Shown here: piece by piece, positions 38,362 to 47,932 of the stretch
Position numbering within the stretch: position 1 is the stretch's first letter
Layout of the letters: each line of letters starts with the position of its first letter
Source of the DNA: Planctomycetota bacterium
GTDB lineage: Bacteria; Planctomycetota; J058; JAJDCQ01
DNA length: 64,000 bases
Direction: 5' to 3'
NCBI GenBank assembly: GCA_029260755.1
Contig: JAJDCQ010000078.1
Coordinates: forward strand, 73,255 to 137,254
The notes under the pieces: model-generated
Databases searched by the model: none
Seen by the model: only the letters and a program-made list of their open reading frames with translations
What the model was told of the DNA's origin: nothing
Program-made: the position numbers and the translations under genes

Positions 38362-38472
38362 CGGGCACGAGGGTTGCTCCTCGAACGGCCGGGTGCGGGG
38401 AAGTCCCCGCCGCGGCGTGGCGACGAGGGTCCCGCGCTGCGAAGGAACTCGCAGTCCGCGGAGAAAGCCTCG

Positions 38473-38925
38473 ATGCAACAGCGCAAGGACAAGTGGTCGG
38501 TCGGGCAGTGGATGACCGTGAACCCCGAGACGGTCCGGCCGGACACGCCGGTGCGGGACGCCTTCGTCACCATGCGTGCCCGCCACATCCGTCACCTCCC
38601 GGTCGTCGCCGACAAGAAGCTCGTCGGGATCGTGACCGACCGCGACCTCCGTCGCCCCGACATCTCGAACGACGTCGAGGGGTGGAACGACTTCTACAAG
38701 CTCGACGAGTCCCACCACGTCTCCGACATCATGACGGCGGACGTGGCGACGCTGCGCAGCCACGACCGGATCGAGAAGGCGCTCGAGCTCTTCCTCGACC
38801 ACCGCTTCGGTGGGGTGCCGGTCGTCGACAAGAACGGTGAGATCCTCGGGATCCTCACCACCCACGACGCGATCGCCGCGTTCGGCGAGGCCATGAAGCA
38901 GACCGGCGAGTCGCTCCGCGCCTAG
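38473..38925 (+). CDS. CBS-pair domain protein
   Basis: 150 aa from the ATG at 38473 with two CBS motifs (VGQWMTVNPETVRPDTPVRDA...HLPVV and DIMTADVATL...GGVPVVDKNGEILGILT). Confidence 0.8.
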   Translation: MQQRKDKWSVGQWMTVNPETVRPDTPVRDAFVTMRARHIRHLPVVADKKLVGIVTDRDLRRPDISNDVEGWNDFYKLDESHHVSDIMTADVATLRSHDRIEKALELFLDHRFGGVPVVDKNGEILGILTTHDAIAAFGEAMKQTGESLRA

Positions 38926-38969
38926 CCCGGGCTGGGCCCCGAGCGCGCGCCGGTTGCCAGGAGCACGCC

Positions 38970-40172
38970 GTGCCGGAACCCTCCCTCCTCGAGCGCACCG
39001 GCGTGTCGAAGGCGACCTTCGAGCGGCTGGTCGCGTTCCGCCGCGACCTGCACCGTCACCCGGAGCTCTCGTTCGAGGAGGAGCGAACGGCCGGCCGGAT
39101 CGCGGCGGAGCTCGACCGCCTCGGGATCGCCTACCGCTCCGGCGTCGCCGGCACCGGGATCGTCGCCGACCTGCCGGGCCGGGAGGTCGGCCCGGCGGTC
39201 GCGCTCCGCGCCGACATGGACGCCCTGCCGATCGCGGAGCAGACCGGCCTGCCGTTCGCCTCCGAGCGCGACGGGGTGATGCACGCCTGCGGCCACGACG
39301 GCCACACGAGCATGGTCCTCGGCGCCGCCGAGCTGCTCGCCGCCGGGCCGCCGCCCCCGCTCCCGGTCCGCTTCATCTGGCAGCCGGCCGAGGAGCTCGG
39401 CGAGGGCGCGAAGGCGATGGTCGAGGCCGGCGTCCTCGACGGGGTCGGGATGATCTTCGGCGGTCACGTCGACCGTCACTACCCGGCCGGCGCGTTCGCG
39501 ATCTCCGACGGGGCGGTGAACGCCTCGACCGACGAGTTCGAGATCATGATCGCGGGACGCGGTGGCCACGGCGCCCGCCCCCACGAGGCGCTCGACGCGA
39601 TCGTCGTCGGCAGCCTGCTCATCACCGCGCTCCAGACGGTCGTCAGCCGCGAGGTCGACCCGGCCCACCCGTCGGTCGTGTCGGTCGGCAGCTTCCACGC
39701 CGGCTCCGCGCCGAACGTGATCGCCGATCGGGCGACCCTCGAGGGGACGATCCGGGCGCAGCATCCGGCGACCCGCGCGCATCTGTGCGCCTCGGTCGAG
39801 CGGATCGCCAAGGCGATCGGGGCGGTCCACGGGGCCGAGGTGACGGTGAAGGTCATCCCGGGCACCCCGCCGGTCATCAACAGCCCGGCCATGGCCGAGC
39901 TCGCGAGGCGCGCCGCGCGCGCCATCGTCGGCGAGAGCGGCGTCGTCCCGCTCCACACGGCCAACATGGGCGGCGAGGACTTCGCGTTCTTCCTCGATGT
40001 CATCCGCGGCTGCTACGTCCGCGTTGGCGCCCAGGTTCCCGGCCGCGAGGGGTTCCCGGCCCACAGCAGCCGGTTCGACATCGACGAGGACGCCCTGGCA
40101 GCCGGCGCCGCGTTCTTCGCGCGGGTGGCCGTCGTGGCGGGAGAGGCGCTCCTCGAGGAGGGGCGCGGATGA
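38970..40172 (+). CDS. M20D-family amidohydrolase (N-acyl-L-amino-acid amidohydrolase / hippurate hydrolase type)
   Basis: 400 aa with metal-binding motifs MHACGHDGHT, QPAEE and GGEDF. Confidence 0.85.
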   Translation: MPEPSLLERTGVSKATFERLVAFRRDLHRHPELSFEEERTAGRIAAELDRLGIAYRSGVAGTGIVADLPGREVGPAVALRADMDALPIAEQTGLPFASERDGVMHACGHDGHTSMVLGAAELLAAGPPPPLPVRFIWQPAEELGEGAKAMVEAGVLDGVGMIFGGHVDRHYPAGAFAISDGAVNASTDEFEIMIAGRGGHGARPHEALDAIVVGSLLITALQTVVSREVDPAHPSVVSVGSFHAGSAPNVIADRATLEGTIRAQHPATRAHLCASVERIAKAIGAVHGAEVTVKVIPGTPPVINSPAMAELARRAARAIVGESGVVPLHTANMGGEDFAFFLDVIRGCYVRVGAQVPGREGFPAHSSRFDIDEDALAAGAAFFARVAVVAGEALLEEGRG

Positions 40173-41800
40173 GCGCCGCGGTCGACCCGAGCGACGTCAC
40201 GATCCGCGAGGCCGATGAGGGTGACATCCCCGGCATCCGCGGCGTGTTCCAGGCGGTCTACGGCGAGGAGTATCCCTACCAGGGGTTCTTCGACGACGCG
40301 TGGCTCAAGCGGGCCGTCTTCACCGACGACATCATGATGCTGGTCGCGCTCGGGGCCGACGGCTCGACGGTCATCGGGACGGCGTCGGTGATGTTCAACG
40401 TCGGTGGCTACAGCGACCTCGTCGGCGAGCTCGGCCGGCTCGCCGTCCACCCCGACGCGCGCGGCCTCGGCGTCGCGAACCTGCTGATGGAGGCGCGGCT
40501 CGATCGGATCGGCCACCGGATCCACGTCGGCATGGTCGAGAACCGGGCCGTCCACAGCCGGAGCCAGAGGGTCTCGGCGAGCCACGGCTTCAGCCCGGTC
40601 GGCTTCCTCCCCCTCAAGTTCGAGTTCCACGGGCGGGAGAGCATCGCGCTCTTCGCCCGCCACTTCGGCGACGCCCTCGAGCTGCGCCGGAACCACCCGC
40701 GCCTCGTGCCGGAGGCGTCCCCGCTCGCCCACCTCGTCCTGGACGGGTCCGGGATCCGGCCGGACGCGATCGTCGACGAGGAGTCCGAGCCCTACCCGGC
40801 CGACGGCGAGTTCGACCTCGAGGCGCTCGGCGAGGGCGGCCTGCCGGCGCTCCTCCGGATCGAGCGAGGGCGGGTCAGTCGACGCGAGGTGTTCGGGCCG
40901 ATCCGGCTCCAGTACGGCTTCTTCCGCCTGGCCACCAAGCACGCCAGCTACCTCGTCGCGCGCCACCGAGCCGGCGGCGAGGCTCGGGGCGGGATCGCGG
41001 GCGCGATCGGTTTCATCCGCGACGACGAGGAGCACGCCCTCCGGGTCTTCGAGATCGTTTGCCAGACCGAGCGCGCGATCCACTTCCTCCTCCGCGCGCT
41101 CCTCGAGCGGGCCGACCGCGAGTGGGGGACGGTCTACGTCGAGGTCGACGTGAGCGGGCACGCGCCGAGGATGCAGCGGACGCTCCTCGAGCTCGGGTTC
41201 CTCCCGGCCGCCTTCGTCCCCGCCATGGTGTTCGCCGACGTCGAGCGGCTCGACGTCGTGAAGATGGTGCGGATCGCGGCGCCGCTGCGGCTCGGCGAGA
41301 TCGACCTGATCCCCTCGATGGAGGCGGTCGCCGAGCAGGTCCTCGCCGGGTTCCGCCGCCAGGAGGTGCTGCCCCGGATCGCGGCGGCCGTCCGCGGGCT
41401 CGAGGTGTTCGCCGGGCTCAACGCGGAGCAGGAGACGCGCGTCGCCGGTCTCTGCCGGGTCGCCGAGTTCGACGACGGGGTCGAGCTCTTTGCGCGGGGC
41501 GACCCCGCCCGCGACATGTACCTCGTGATCGAGGGCGAGGTGGCGATCAGCCTCGACGGGCGTCGGGTCGGCACCGTCGCGGCCGGGGAGGGCGTCGGCG
41601 AGATCGGGCTCATCACCGGCGAGCCGCGCTCGGCGACCGCGACGGCGGTCGGCCGCGTCGTCGTCGCCGACCTCTCGGCCGACCACCTCGCCGAGCTGCG
41701 CCGCCGGCGACCCGACATCGCCGTCCGGCTCTACCGGAACATCGCCGTCGGCCTCGGGCGCAAGCTCCAGCGCACCGATGGGGCGGCCGCCTCGGACTGA
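40169..41800 (+). CDS. Tandem GNAT acetyltransferase-like domains fused to a C-terminal cyclic-nucleotide-binding domain
   Basis: 543 aa. The ATG overlaps the M20 stop (ATGA). GNAT motif A-like segment is ELGRLAVHPDARGLGVANLLM. The second GNAT-like fold has LLELGFLPAAFVP. The cNMP phosphate-binding cassette is GEGVGEIGLITGEPRSATATA. Confidence 0.8.
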   Translation: MSAAVDPSDVTIREADEGDIPGIRGVFQAVYGEEYPYQGFFDDAWLKRAVFTDDIMMLVALGADGSTVIGTASVMFNVGGYSDLVGELGRLAVHPDARGLGVANLLMEARLDRIGHRIHVGMVENRAVHSRSQRVSASHGFSPVGFLPLKFEFHGRESIALFARHFGDALELRRNHPRLVPEASPLAHLVLDGSGIRPDAIVDEESEPYPADGEFDLEALGEGGLPALLRIERGRVSRREVFGPIRLQYGFFRLATKHASYLVARHRAGGEARGGIAGAIGFIRDDEEHALRVFEIVCQTERAIHFLLRALLERADREWGTVYVEVDVSGHAPRMQRTLLELGFLPAAFVPAMVFADVERLDVVKMVRIAAPLRLGEIDLIPSMEAVAEQVLAGFRRQEVLPRIAAAVRGLEVFAGLNAEQETRVAGLCRVAEFDDGVELFARGDPARDMYLVIEGEVAISLDGRRVGTVAAGEGVGEIGLITGEPRSATATAVGRVVVADLSADHLAELRRRRPDIAVRLYRNIAVGLGRKLQRTDGAAASD

Positions 41801-41807
41801 CGCGTCG

Positions 41808-44800
41808 TCAGCGAGCGCGCAGAGATGCGAGCTCCGACCGGGCGACGGCCGAGCCCTGCCCGTTCGGAACGAGCTGCAGGAAGCGCTCGAGGTCGGCGAT
41901 GGCGCCGGCGACGTTGCCGGCCGCGGCGCGGGCGCGGCTCCGATAGAAGAGGCAGTTCGAGTCGTCGGGCGACAGGGCCAGGGCGCGGTCGTAGGCGGCC
42001 TCCGATTCCCCGGGGTCGCCCAGCGCGAACCGCGTCCGCGCGAGGTTGGCCCAGGCCTCGGGGTCGTCGGGGGCGAGCTCGGTCGCCCGGACGAAGCCCT
42101 CGAGCGCGCCCACGAGGTCCCCGGAGATCACCTTCGCCAGCCCGCGCGCCTTCCAACCGGCGGCGAGGGCCGGGTCGAGGGCGATCGCGCGGTCGGCGTC
42201 GTCGAGCGCGGGCGCCGCCTCGCCGCGCGCCCACCGCAGGATCGCGCGGTTGCTCCAGTTGACCGCGTCGGTCGGGTCGAGCTCGAGGGCGCGGTCGTAG
42301 TCCTCGAGCGCGCCGGCCAGGTCTCCTGCGTCGCGCCGGACCTTCGCGCGGGCGTCCCAGGCTCCCGCGTCGCCGGCCGCCCGCTCGACCGTCTGATCGA
42401 GGTCGACGAGGGCGCCGCGAAGGTCCCCCATCGCCGCCCGAGCGAGGGCGCGGGCGATCCAGGAGCTCGTCCGGCTCGGATCGAGGTCGATCGCGCGGTC
42501 GAAGTCGGCGATCGCGGCGGCGTGATGGCCGAGCTGACTCCGGAGCCGAGCCCGGTTGATCCAGCCGATCGCGTAGCGAGGGTCGCAGGCGATGGCGCGG
42601 TCGTAGGCGGCCAGGGCGACGTCGAGCTCGCCGCGGTCGGAGGCCAGGTTCCCCCGGGCGCCGTGCGCCTCGGCGAGGTCGGGGTCGAGGGCGAGGGCGA
42701 GGTCGAGGTCGGCGGTGGCCCCCGCCGTGTCGCCGCGGTGCGCCCGGGCGACGGACCGGTTGACGAGCGGGAGCGGGCTCCGGGGGACCAGCTCGACGGC
42801 GCGGTCGAGGTCGGCGATCGCCGCGTCGACTTCACCGCGAGCGAGGAGCGCGATCCCGCGGTGGCTGTACGCGCCGGCGCAGTCCGGGTCGAGCTCGATG
42901 GCGCGACCGAAGTCGGCGACCGCGCCGTCGAGCTCGCCGCGCGGGAACCGGAGCTGGCCGCGGGTGACCCAGCTCTCGGGCGAGGCCGGGTCGAGCTCGA
43001 TCCCGCGATCGGCATCGGCCATGGCGCCCTCGAGGTCGCCGAGGCGGGAGCGCGCGCGGGCGCGCCCGCTCCAGGCGACCGCGTGGCCGGGGTCGATCGC
43101 GAGGGCGCGGTCGAAGTCCTCGAGGGCGTCGGCGGGACGCCGCTGCCGGAACTTCGCGACCCCCCGCTTCCCGAGCCACTCGACGTTGCGCGGCTCGATC
43201 TCGACGGCGCGGCCGTAGGCCCTCACCGCGCCGGCGTAGTCGCGCCGGACCTCGTGGACGGCTCCGGCGGTCGCCCACGCCGGCGCGCATCGGGGGTCCG
43301 CGGCCAGGGCGCGCTCGAGGTCCGCCTCGGCCTCGTCGAGGTGACCCTCGAACATCAGGTCCGAGGCGCGGTTCACCCAGGCGAGCGGGTCGCCGGGGGC
43401 GAGCTCGATCGCGCGCTCGAAGTCGCGCCTCGCGCCCGCCCCGTCGCCGCTCCGCCGCCTCGCGATGCCGCGGTTGACGATGACGCCGGCGACGTCGGGG
43501 GCGAGCTGGAGCGCCCGGTCGTACGCGGCGATCGCGGCCTCGAGCTCGCCCGCCTCCCGGAGGAGGTCGCCGCGCGCCGCGTACCACGCCGCGCTCCCCT
43601 CGTCGTCGAGGGCGACCGCCTGGGTCCAGCCGGGCGGGAGCTCGCGGGCCGCCGTCCGCCAGAGCGTCCCGAGGGGGCCGAAGCGACTCCGCGCCTCGAG
43701 CAGCATCGCGCCGGCCCGGCCCCTCCCGCCGAGCCGGGCGAGGGCGACGGCGGCCGGCGTCGCCCGGATCTCGTCGGTCTCGATCAGGAGGTAGCCCGCG
43801 AGGGCGGGGACCGCCCGGTCGGGGCTGCCGATCCAGCCGAGCGCCTCGCAGCACAGGCGCGCGAGGGTGAGCCGGATCCGCCCGACGGCGTCCGCCTGCG
43901 CGGCCGCGATGACGTCGGTCACCTCGAGCGGGATGGTCTGCACCGTGTCGACCCGGGAGCGCATCTCCCGCGCGACGAGGCGCCGGCCGGCCGCCTCGAG
44001 CGCCGCGGCGTGCGCGACCCCGAGCTCTCGGCCGCGCGAGGCCCAGGCCTCGACGGCCGCCTCGAGGTCCGCGATCGTCCTCTCGCCGCCGAGACGCTCC
44101 TCCGCGGTGGGCGTCGCCGCCGACAGGAACGCCTCGCGGGCCGCGGCGAGCAGAGCGTGGGTGACGGCGTCGAGCTCCTCCACGAGGATGTCGATCGTCT
44201 CGTCTCCGGCGGTCCGCACGAGGCGGAAGACGATCGCCTCGCGCCAGCCCTCCTCGGCGAGGGCCTCGCCCGAGCGGACCCGGTCGAGGAGGGCGTTCAC
44301 CGCGGCGCGGCGCTCCTCGGCCCGGCGGTCGCGGGCATCGATCGCGTGCCTCTGCGCGGCGGCGGCTCGGTCGCGGTCGACGTCGAGGGCGACCGCACGG
44401 TCGAAGCTCGCCGTGGCGACGCTCCATTGCTCGGCCTCGAGGGCGAGCTCGCCGGTCGCCATGGCGAGCTCGAACGCGAGCCGTCGGGCGGCGTCGTCGC
44501 CGGGGTCCGCGGTCAGGGCCGAGCGGGCATCGCCGAGGGCGTCGAGGCCGAGCGCGAGGAGCCGGTCGCGTCGCTTGGCGGGGTTGCCGATCGCCGCGTC
44601 GGCCTCGATCAGCGCGCCGCGCTCGCGCTCGAACGCGTCGGCGCTGCTCCGGGCGTGCTCGTGGAGGCCGGCCACGAACCGCGCCCGCTCGCGGACCCGG
44701 CCGGCGACGCCGGCGACGATCGCGGCGATGAGGCCGAGGGCGACCAGGAGGGTCGCGGTCGCCCGGAGCCGGTGGCGCCTCACCCAGCGGACCGCGAGGG

Positions 44801-45674
44801 TCGCCGCCCCGAGCGGGCGGGCGACGATCGGCTCGCCGCGCGCGAAGCGGGCGAGCTCGTCGGCGACCTCGGCGGCGGACGGGTACCGCCGGGCCGGGTC
44901 CTTCTCGAGGCAGCGGAGCGCGATCGTCTCGAGGTCGGGATGGACGCCGGGCGCGATCGTCCGCGGCGCGACCGGGTCGGCGACGACGACGCGCCGGACG
45001 ACCTCGAGGATCGAGTCGCCCTCGAACGGGTCGTGGCCGGTCAGCGCCCAGTAGAGGACGCCGCCGAGGCTGAAGACGTCGGTCCTCGCATCGACCGGCC
45101 CGTTCCGGACCTGCTCGGGCGCCATGAAGCCGGGCGTCCCGACGAGCTGTCCCGTCGCGGTGAGGCGCGAGGCGTCGGCGTCGCCCGCGTCGAGCTCGCG
45201 GGCGAGGCCGAAGTCGCAGAGCCGCGCCGCTCCGGTCGCGTCGAGCATGACGTTCGCCGGCTTGACGTCCCGGTGGACCACGCCGTGGGCGTGGGCGTGA
45301 TGCAGGGCCGCGGCGACCTGTCGAACGAGCTCGGCGAGGGCGCGCGGGGCGAGCGGGTCGCGCCGGTGCCTTCGCTCGAGGGGCTCGCCCTCGATGTAGT
45401 CCATCACGATGTAGAGGCGCCCGTCCGGATCCTCGGCGACCTCGTGGACGGCGACGATCCCGGGATGGGCGAGGCGCGCCGCGGCGCGGGCCTCCCGGAG
45501 AAAGCGGTCGCGCCCCCGGGCGCCGGGGCGGCCGGGCTCGAGCAGCATCTTGATGGCGACCGGGCGGGCGAGGCGCGTGTCGAAGGCGCGGTAGACGACG
45601 CCCATGCCTCCTCGACCGAGCTCGGCCTCGAGCCGGTAGCGGCCTAGCTGCGGCTGGGATGCGGACGAGGTCAC
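41808..45674 (-). CDS. Receptor-type Hanks Ser/Thr kinase 5 with a very long TPR array (more than 15 repeats)
   Basis: GRGGMGVVYRA...VAIKML, HRDVKPANVML, DFGLA and GTPGFMAPE motifs. TM is ATLLVALGLIAAIVAGV. The 34-aa TPR periodicity (...A.ADLDRAIELDP...) runs to the C-terminus. Start is uncertain: GTG 45674 (GGGAGG 12 nt upstream) is preferred over ATG 45800, which would overlap the hflX start. Confidence 0.85.
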   Translation of the reverse strand: MTSSASQPQLGRYRLEAELGRGGMGVVYRAFDTRLARPVAIKMLLEPGRPGARGRDRFLREARAAARLAHPGIVAVHEVAEDPDGRLYIVMDYIEGEPLERRHRRDPLAPRALAELVRQVAAALHHAHAHGVVHRDVKPANVMLDATGAARLCDFGLARELDAGDADASRLTATGQLVGTPGFMAPEQVRNGPVDARTDVFSLGGVLYWALTGHDPFEGDSILEVVRRVVVADPVAPRTIAPGVHPDLETIALRCLEKDPARRYPSAAEVADELARFARGEPIVARPLGAATLAVRWVRRHRLRATATLLVALGLIAAIVAGVAGRVRERARFVAGLHEHARSSADAFERERGALIEADAAIGNPAKRRDRLLALGLDALGDARSALTADPGDDAARRLAFELAMATGELALEAEQWSVATASFDRAVALDVDRDRAAAAQRHAIDARDRRAEERRAAVNALLDRVRSGEALAEEGWREAIVFRLVRTAGDETIDILVEELDAVTHALLAAAREAFLSAATPTAEERLGGERTIADLEAAVEAWASRGRELGVAHAAALEAAGRRLVAREMRSRVDTVQTIPLEVTDVIAAAQADAVGRIRLTLARLCCEALGWIGSPDRAVPALAGYLLIETDEIRATPAAVALARLGGRGRAGAMLLEARSRFGPLGTLWRTAARELPPGWTQAVALDDEGSAAWYAARGDLLREAGELEAAIAAYDRALQLAPDVAGVIVNRGIARRRSGDGAGARRDFERAIELAPGDPLAWVNRASDLMFEGHLDEAEADLERALAADPRCAPAWATAGAVHEVRRDYAGAVRAYGRAVEIEPRNVEWLGKRGVAKFRQRRPADALEDFDRALAIDPGHAVAWSGRARARSRLGDLEGAMADADRGIELDPASPESWVTRGQLRFPRGELDGAVADFGRAIELDPDCAGAYSHRGIALLARGEVDAAIADLDRAVELVPRSPLPLVNRSVARAHRGDTAGATADLDLALALDPDLAEAHGARGNLASDRGELDVALAAYDRAIACDPRYAIGWINRARLRSQLGHHAAAIADFDRAIDLDPSRTSSWIARALARAAMGDLRGALVDLDQTVERAAGDAGAWDARAKVRRDAGDLAGALEDYDRALELDPTDAVNWSNRAILRWARGEAAPALDDADRAIALDPALAAGWKARGLAKVISGDLVGALEGFVRATELAPDDPEAWANLARTRFALGDPGESEAAYDRALALSPDDSNCLFYRSRARAAAGNVAGAIADLERFLQLVPNGQGSAVARSELASLRAR

Positions 45675-45798
45675 GGGCCCACGATGGCCTCCCGGCGCGG
45701 GGCTCCGCAACCGAGCGAGGCGCCGGACGTTGAACCGGCGCGCCCGCTGATGAATGATGCCGTGACGGCGCGGGGCGTCGTCGACCGTCCTCTGGTGC

Positions 45799-47610
45799 AT
45801 GCCAAGGGTCCGACAGATCTCCAGAACGTCCGCCAAGCTCCGCTGGTTCGCGCCCGCCCTGAGGCGACGCATCGAGCGTCTCGAACGCCGGCGCGTCCCG
45901 CCCGAGGCCTTCTGCAGCCAGGAGCTCGCCCGCGAGGTCGCCGAGCTCACCGTCGACCTCGGTCGGAGGATCGGGCTGTTCCTCGATCGACGAGGGCGGG
46001 TCCGATCGGTGTTGATCGGCGAGCGACGTCGCCTCGTGGTCGACGACGGCGCCGTCCCCCCGAGCCGCGCCGGCGGCGGGCGTCTCGGCGGGCTCCGCCT
46101 GGTGACGACGATCCTGGAGGGCGGGCGCAGCGACTCCGATGACGGGCGCGCGCCCGCGGGCGGCGACCTGGTCACCCTGCTTCGTGAACGGCTCGACGCC
46201 GTCCTCTGGATCGGCGCGGGCGAGGACGGCCTCCCGATGTGGACGCGGCGCGCGCATCTCCTGCCGCCGAGCCCCGGCGGCGAAGGCCACCGCCTCGAGG
46301 ATCGACGCGCGCCGGGGCAGGATCCCTGGGACTTCCTCGAGTTCATCGAGAACCTCGAGGCCGAGTTCGACCGGACGGCGCCCGACGCGGTCGACAACCC
46401 CGACGGTGAGCGCGCCGTCCTCGTCGCGTTCGAGCGTCGCCACCAGCGCGAGACGAGCCGCGCCGGGCCGCCGCTCGGCGGCCCGTCGCCGGCTGCGCAG
46501 GCGCGCCAGGCGGCCGACTGGAGCATGGGCGAGCTCGAGGATCTGGTCCGGACGAGCGGCGGCGAGCCGGTCGATCGCCTCGTCCAGAAGCGCGACGCGC
46601 CGGACGCGGCGACCCTCGTCGGGCGAGGGTTCGTCCGTCGGATTCAGGAGCGCGTCCTCGCGACGGCCGCCGACATCGTCGTGCTCGACCGTGAGCTGAG
46701 CCCGAGTCAGACGAAGAACCTCGAGGCCGCCCTCGACTGCAAGGTGCTCGACCGAACGCAGGTGATCCTCGACATCTTCGCCCAGCGGGCGCGGAGCGCG
46801 CAGGGCCGCAGTCAGGTCGAGCTGGCGCGCCTGCGCTACCTCCTGCCGCGGCTGGTCGGGGCCGGCGCCGCCCTCAGTCGACTCGGCGGCGGGATCGGAA
46901 GCAGTCGCGGCCTCGGCGAGAAGAAGCTCGAGCTCGACCGCCGCTACGTCCGGCGCCGGATCGCCGCGCTCGAGCGCCGCCTCGCGTTGGCCGCCCGCCA
47001 TCGCGAGACGGCCCGGCGCAGTCGGGAGCGATCGGGGCTGCTTCAGGTCGCCCTCGTCGGTTACACGAACGCCGGCAAGTCGACGCTGCTCAACGCGCTC
47101 ACCCGGTCCGACGTGGCCGCCGAGAGCCGCCTCTTCGCCACCCTCGATCCGACGGCGCGTCGTCTCCCGCTGCCGGCCGCGACGCTCGGGCGCGACGTGA
47201 TCGTGTCGGACACGGTCGGGTTCATCCGCGACCTGCCGGTCTCGCTCTTCGAGGCGTTCCGGGCGACGTTCGAGGAGATCGGCGAGGCGAGCCTGCTCCT
47301 GGTCGTCGCCGACGCGGCCGACCCGCACGTCTTCGAGGAGCTTCGCGTGACCGACGAGGTGCTCGCGAAGCTCGGCCTGGGCGCGATTCCGCGTCGGATC
47401 GTGTTCACCAAGCGCGACCTCGTCCGGCCGACGGAGTTCGCTCCGCTGGCGCGGACGGAGCTCGGCGAGACTCCCTGGACGCTGGTGAGCGCGCGGGATC
47501 CCGCGGACCGCGAGGCGCTCCGCGACGTGATCGTGAGCGCGCTCGAGACGCTCGGACCGTCGCTCGAGACCGCGTCGGATACCAGCGATGGGGGGTCAAC
47601 GACCGGGTAG
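45799..47610 (+). CDS. hflX: GTPase HflX, long form with an N-terminal extension of about 200 aa
   Basis: G1 GYTNAGKSTLLNALT, G3 DTVGF, G4 TKRD and the HflX N-domain RSAQGRSQVELARLRYLLPRL. The extension (ELAREVAELTVDLGRRIGLFLDRRGRVRSVLIG...) looks coding. The exact start is uncertain. Confidence 0.85.
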   Translation: MPRVRQISRTSAKLRWFAPALRRRIERLERRRVPPEAFCSQELAREVAELTVDLGRRIGLFLDRRGRVRSVLIGERRRLVVDDGAVPPSRAGGGRLGGLRLVTTILEGGRSDSDDGRAPAGGDLVTLLRERLDAVLWIGAGEDGLPMWTRRAHLLPPSPGGEGHRLEDRRAPGQDPWDFLEFIENLEAEFDRTAPDAVDNPDGERAVLVAFERRHQRETSRAGPPLGGPSPAAQARQAADWSMGELEDLVRTSGGEPVDRLVQKRDAPDAATLVGRGFVRRIQERVLATAADIVVLDRELSPSQTKNLEAALDCKVLDRTQVILDIFAQRARSAQGRSQVELARLRYLLPRLVGAGAALSRLGGGIGSSRGLGEKKLELDRRYVRRRIAALERRLALAARHRETARRSRERSGLLQVALVGYTNAGKSTLLNALTRSDVAAESRLFATLDPTARRLPLPAATLGRDVIVSDTVGFIRDLPVSLFEAFRATFEEIGEASLLLVVADAADPHVFEELRVTDEVLAKLGLGAIPRRIVFTKRDLVRPTEFAPLARTELGETPWTLVSARDPADREALRDVIVSALETLGPSLETASDTSDGGSTTG

Positions 47611-47700
47611 CCCGAGCCGTCGAGCCTCCTTCGCCCGTTCTCCTCGACTCCTAAATCCCGTGTCGCGCCATCCTTCGGCGTCGCCGTCAACTTTTTTCGA

Positions 47701-47757
47701 CCATCGATATGATGGGGGTCGGATGGCGAGATCGGGGTATTTATACTAGATCTAGTA
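47701..47757. promoter_or_regulatory. AT-rich island with two palindromes (candidate operator sites, regulator unknown)
   Basis: ccatcgatatgatgg (47701-47715, near-palindrome) and the perfect 14-bp palindrome tactagatctagta (47744-47757). Their centres are about 42 bp apart, in an otherwise very GC-rich context. Confidence 0.35.
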
Positions 47758-47904
47758 GGTAGGTCCGTGTTGGTGGCCATCTACCCCCCTGCGTTGGGGG
47801 TGCACCGCATCGGCTGCGATGCCCTGATGGCGGGCCCTCGGATGCCTCAACCCGTTCCTGGACAGCATCATCCGCGCCGGATCGTCCGACTTCGATCTTC
47901 CTGC

Positions 47905-47932
47905 TTGACAGGATCGGGCTACCGGATATAGT
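47905..47932 (+). promoter_or_regulatory. Strong sigma70-like promoter of nrdJ
   Basis: Perfect -35 TTGACA (47905-47910), a 16-nt spacer, then -10 TATAGT (47927-47932). This predicts a structured leader of about 125 nt before the ATG at 48065, which is preceded by GGAGGGAGG. Confidence 0.55.

Noticed and set aside
38954-41800. 948-aa ORF fusing an upstream frame to the GNAT-cNMP gene
   Set aside because: The N-terminal 405 aa are an Arg/Pro-rich alternative frame over the M20 amidohydrolase gene. The ATG at 40169, which overlaps the M20 stop, gives a coherent GNAT start.
41808-46526. 1572-aa version of kinase 5
   Set aside because: The extra N-terminal region overlaps the hflX coding sequence in antisense and is Arg/Ser/Pro-rich. 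The kinase domain begins shortly after the GTG at 45674.
47661-47697. Intrinsic terminator after hflX
   Set aside because: Only a 5-bp stem (gcgcc / ggcgt) can be drawn, and it is separated by about 10 nt from the T6 run. This is too weak to call.
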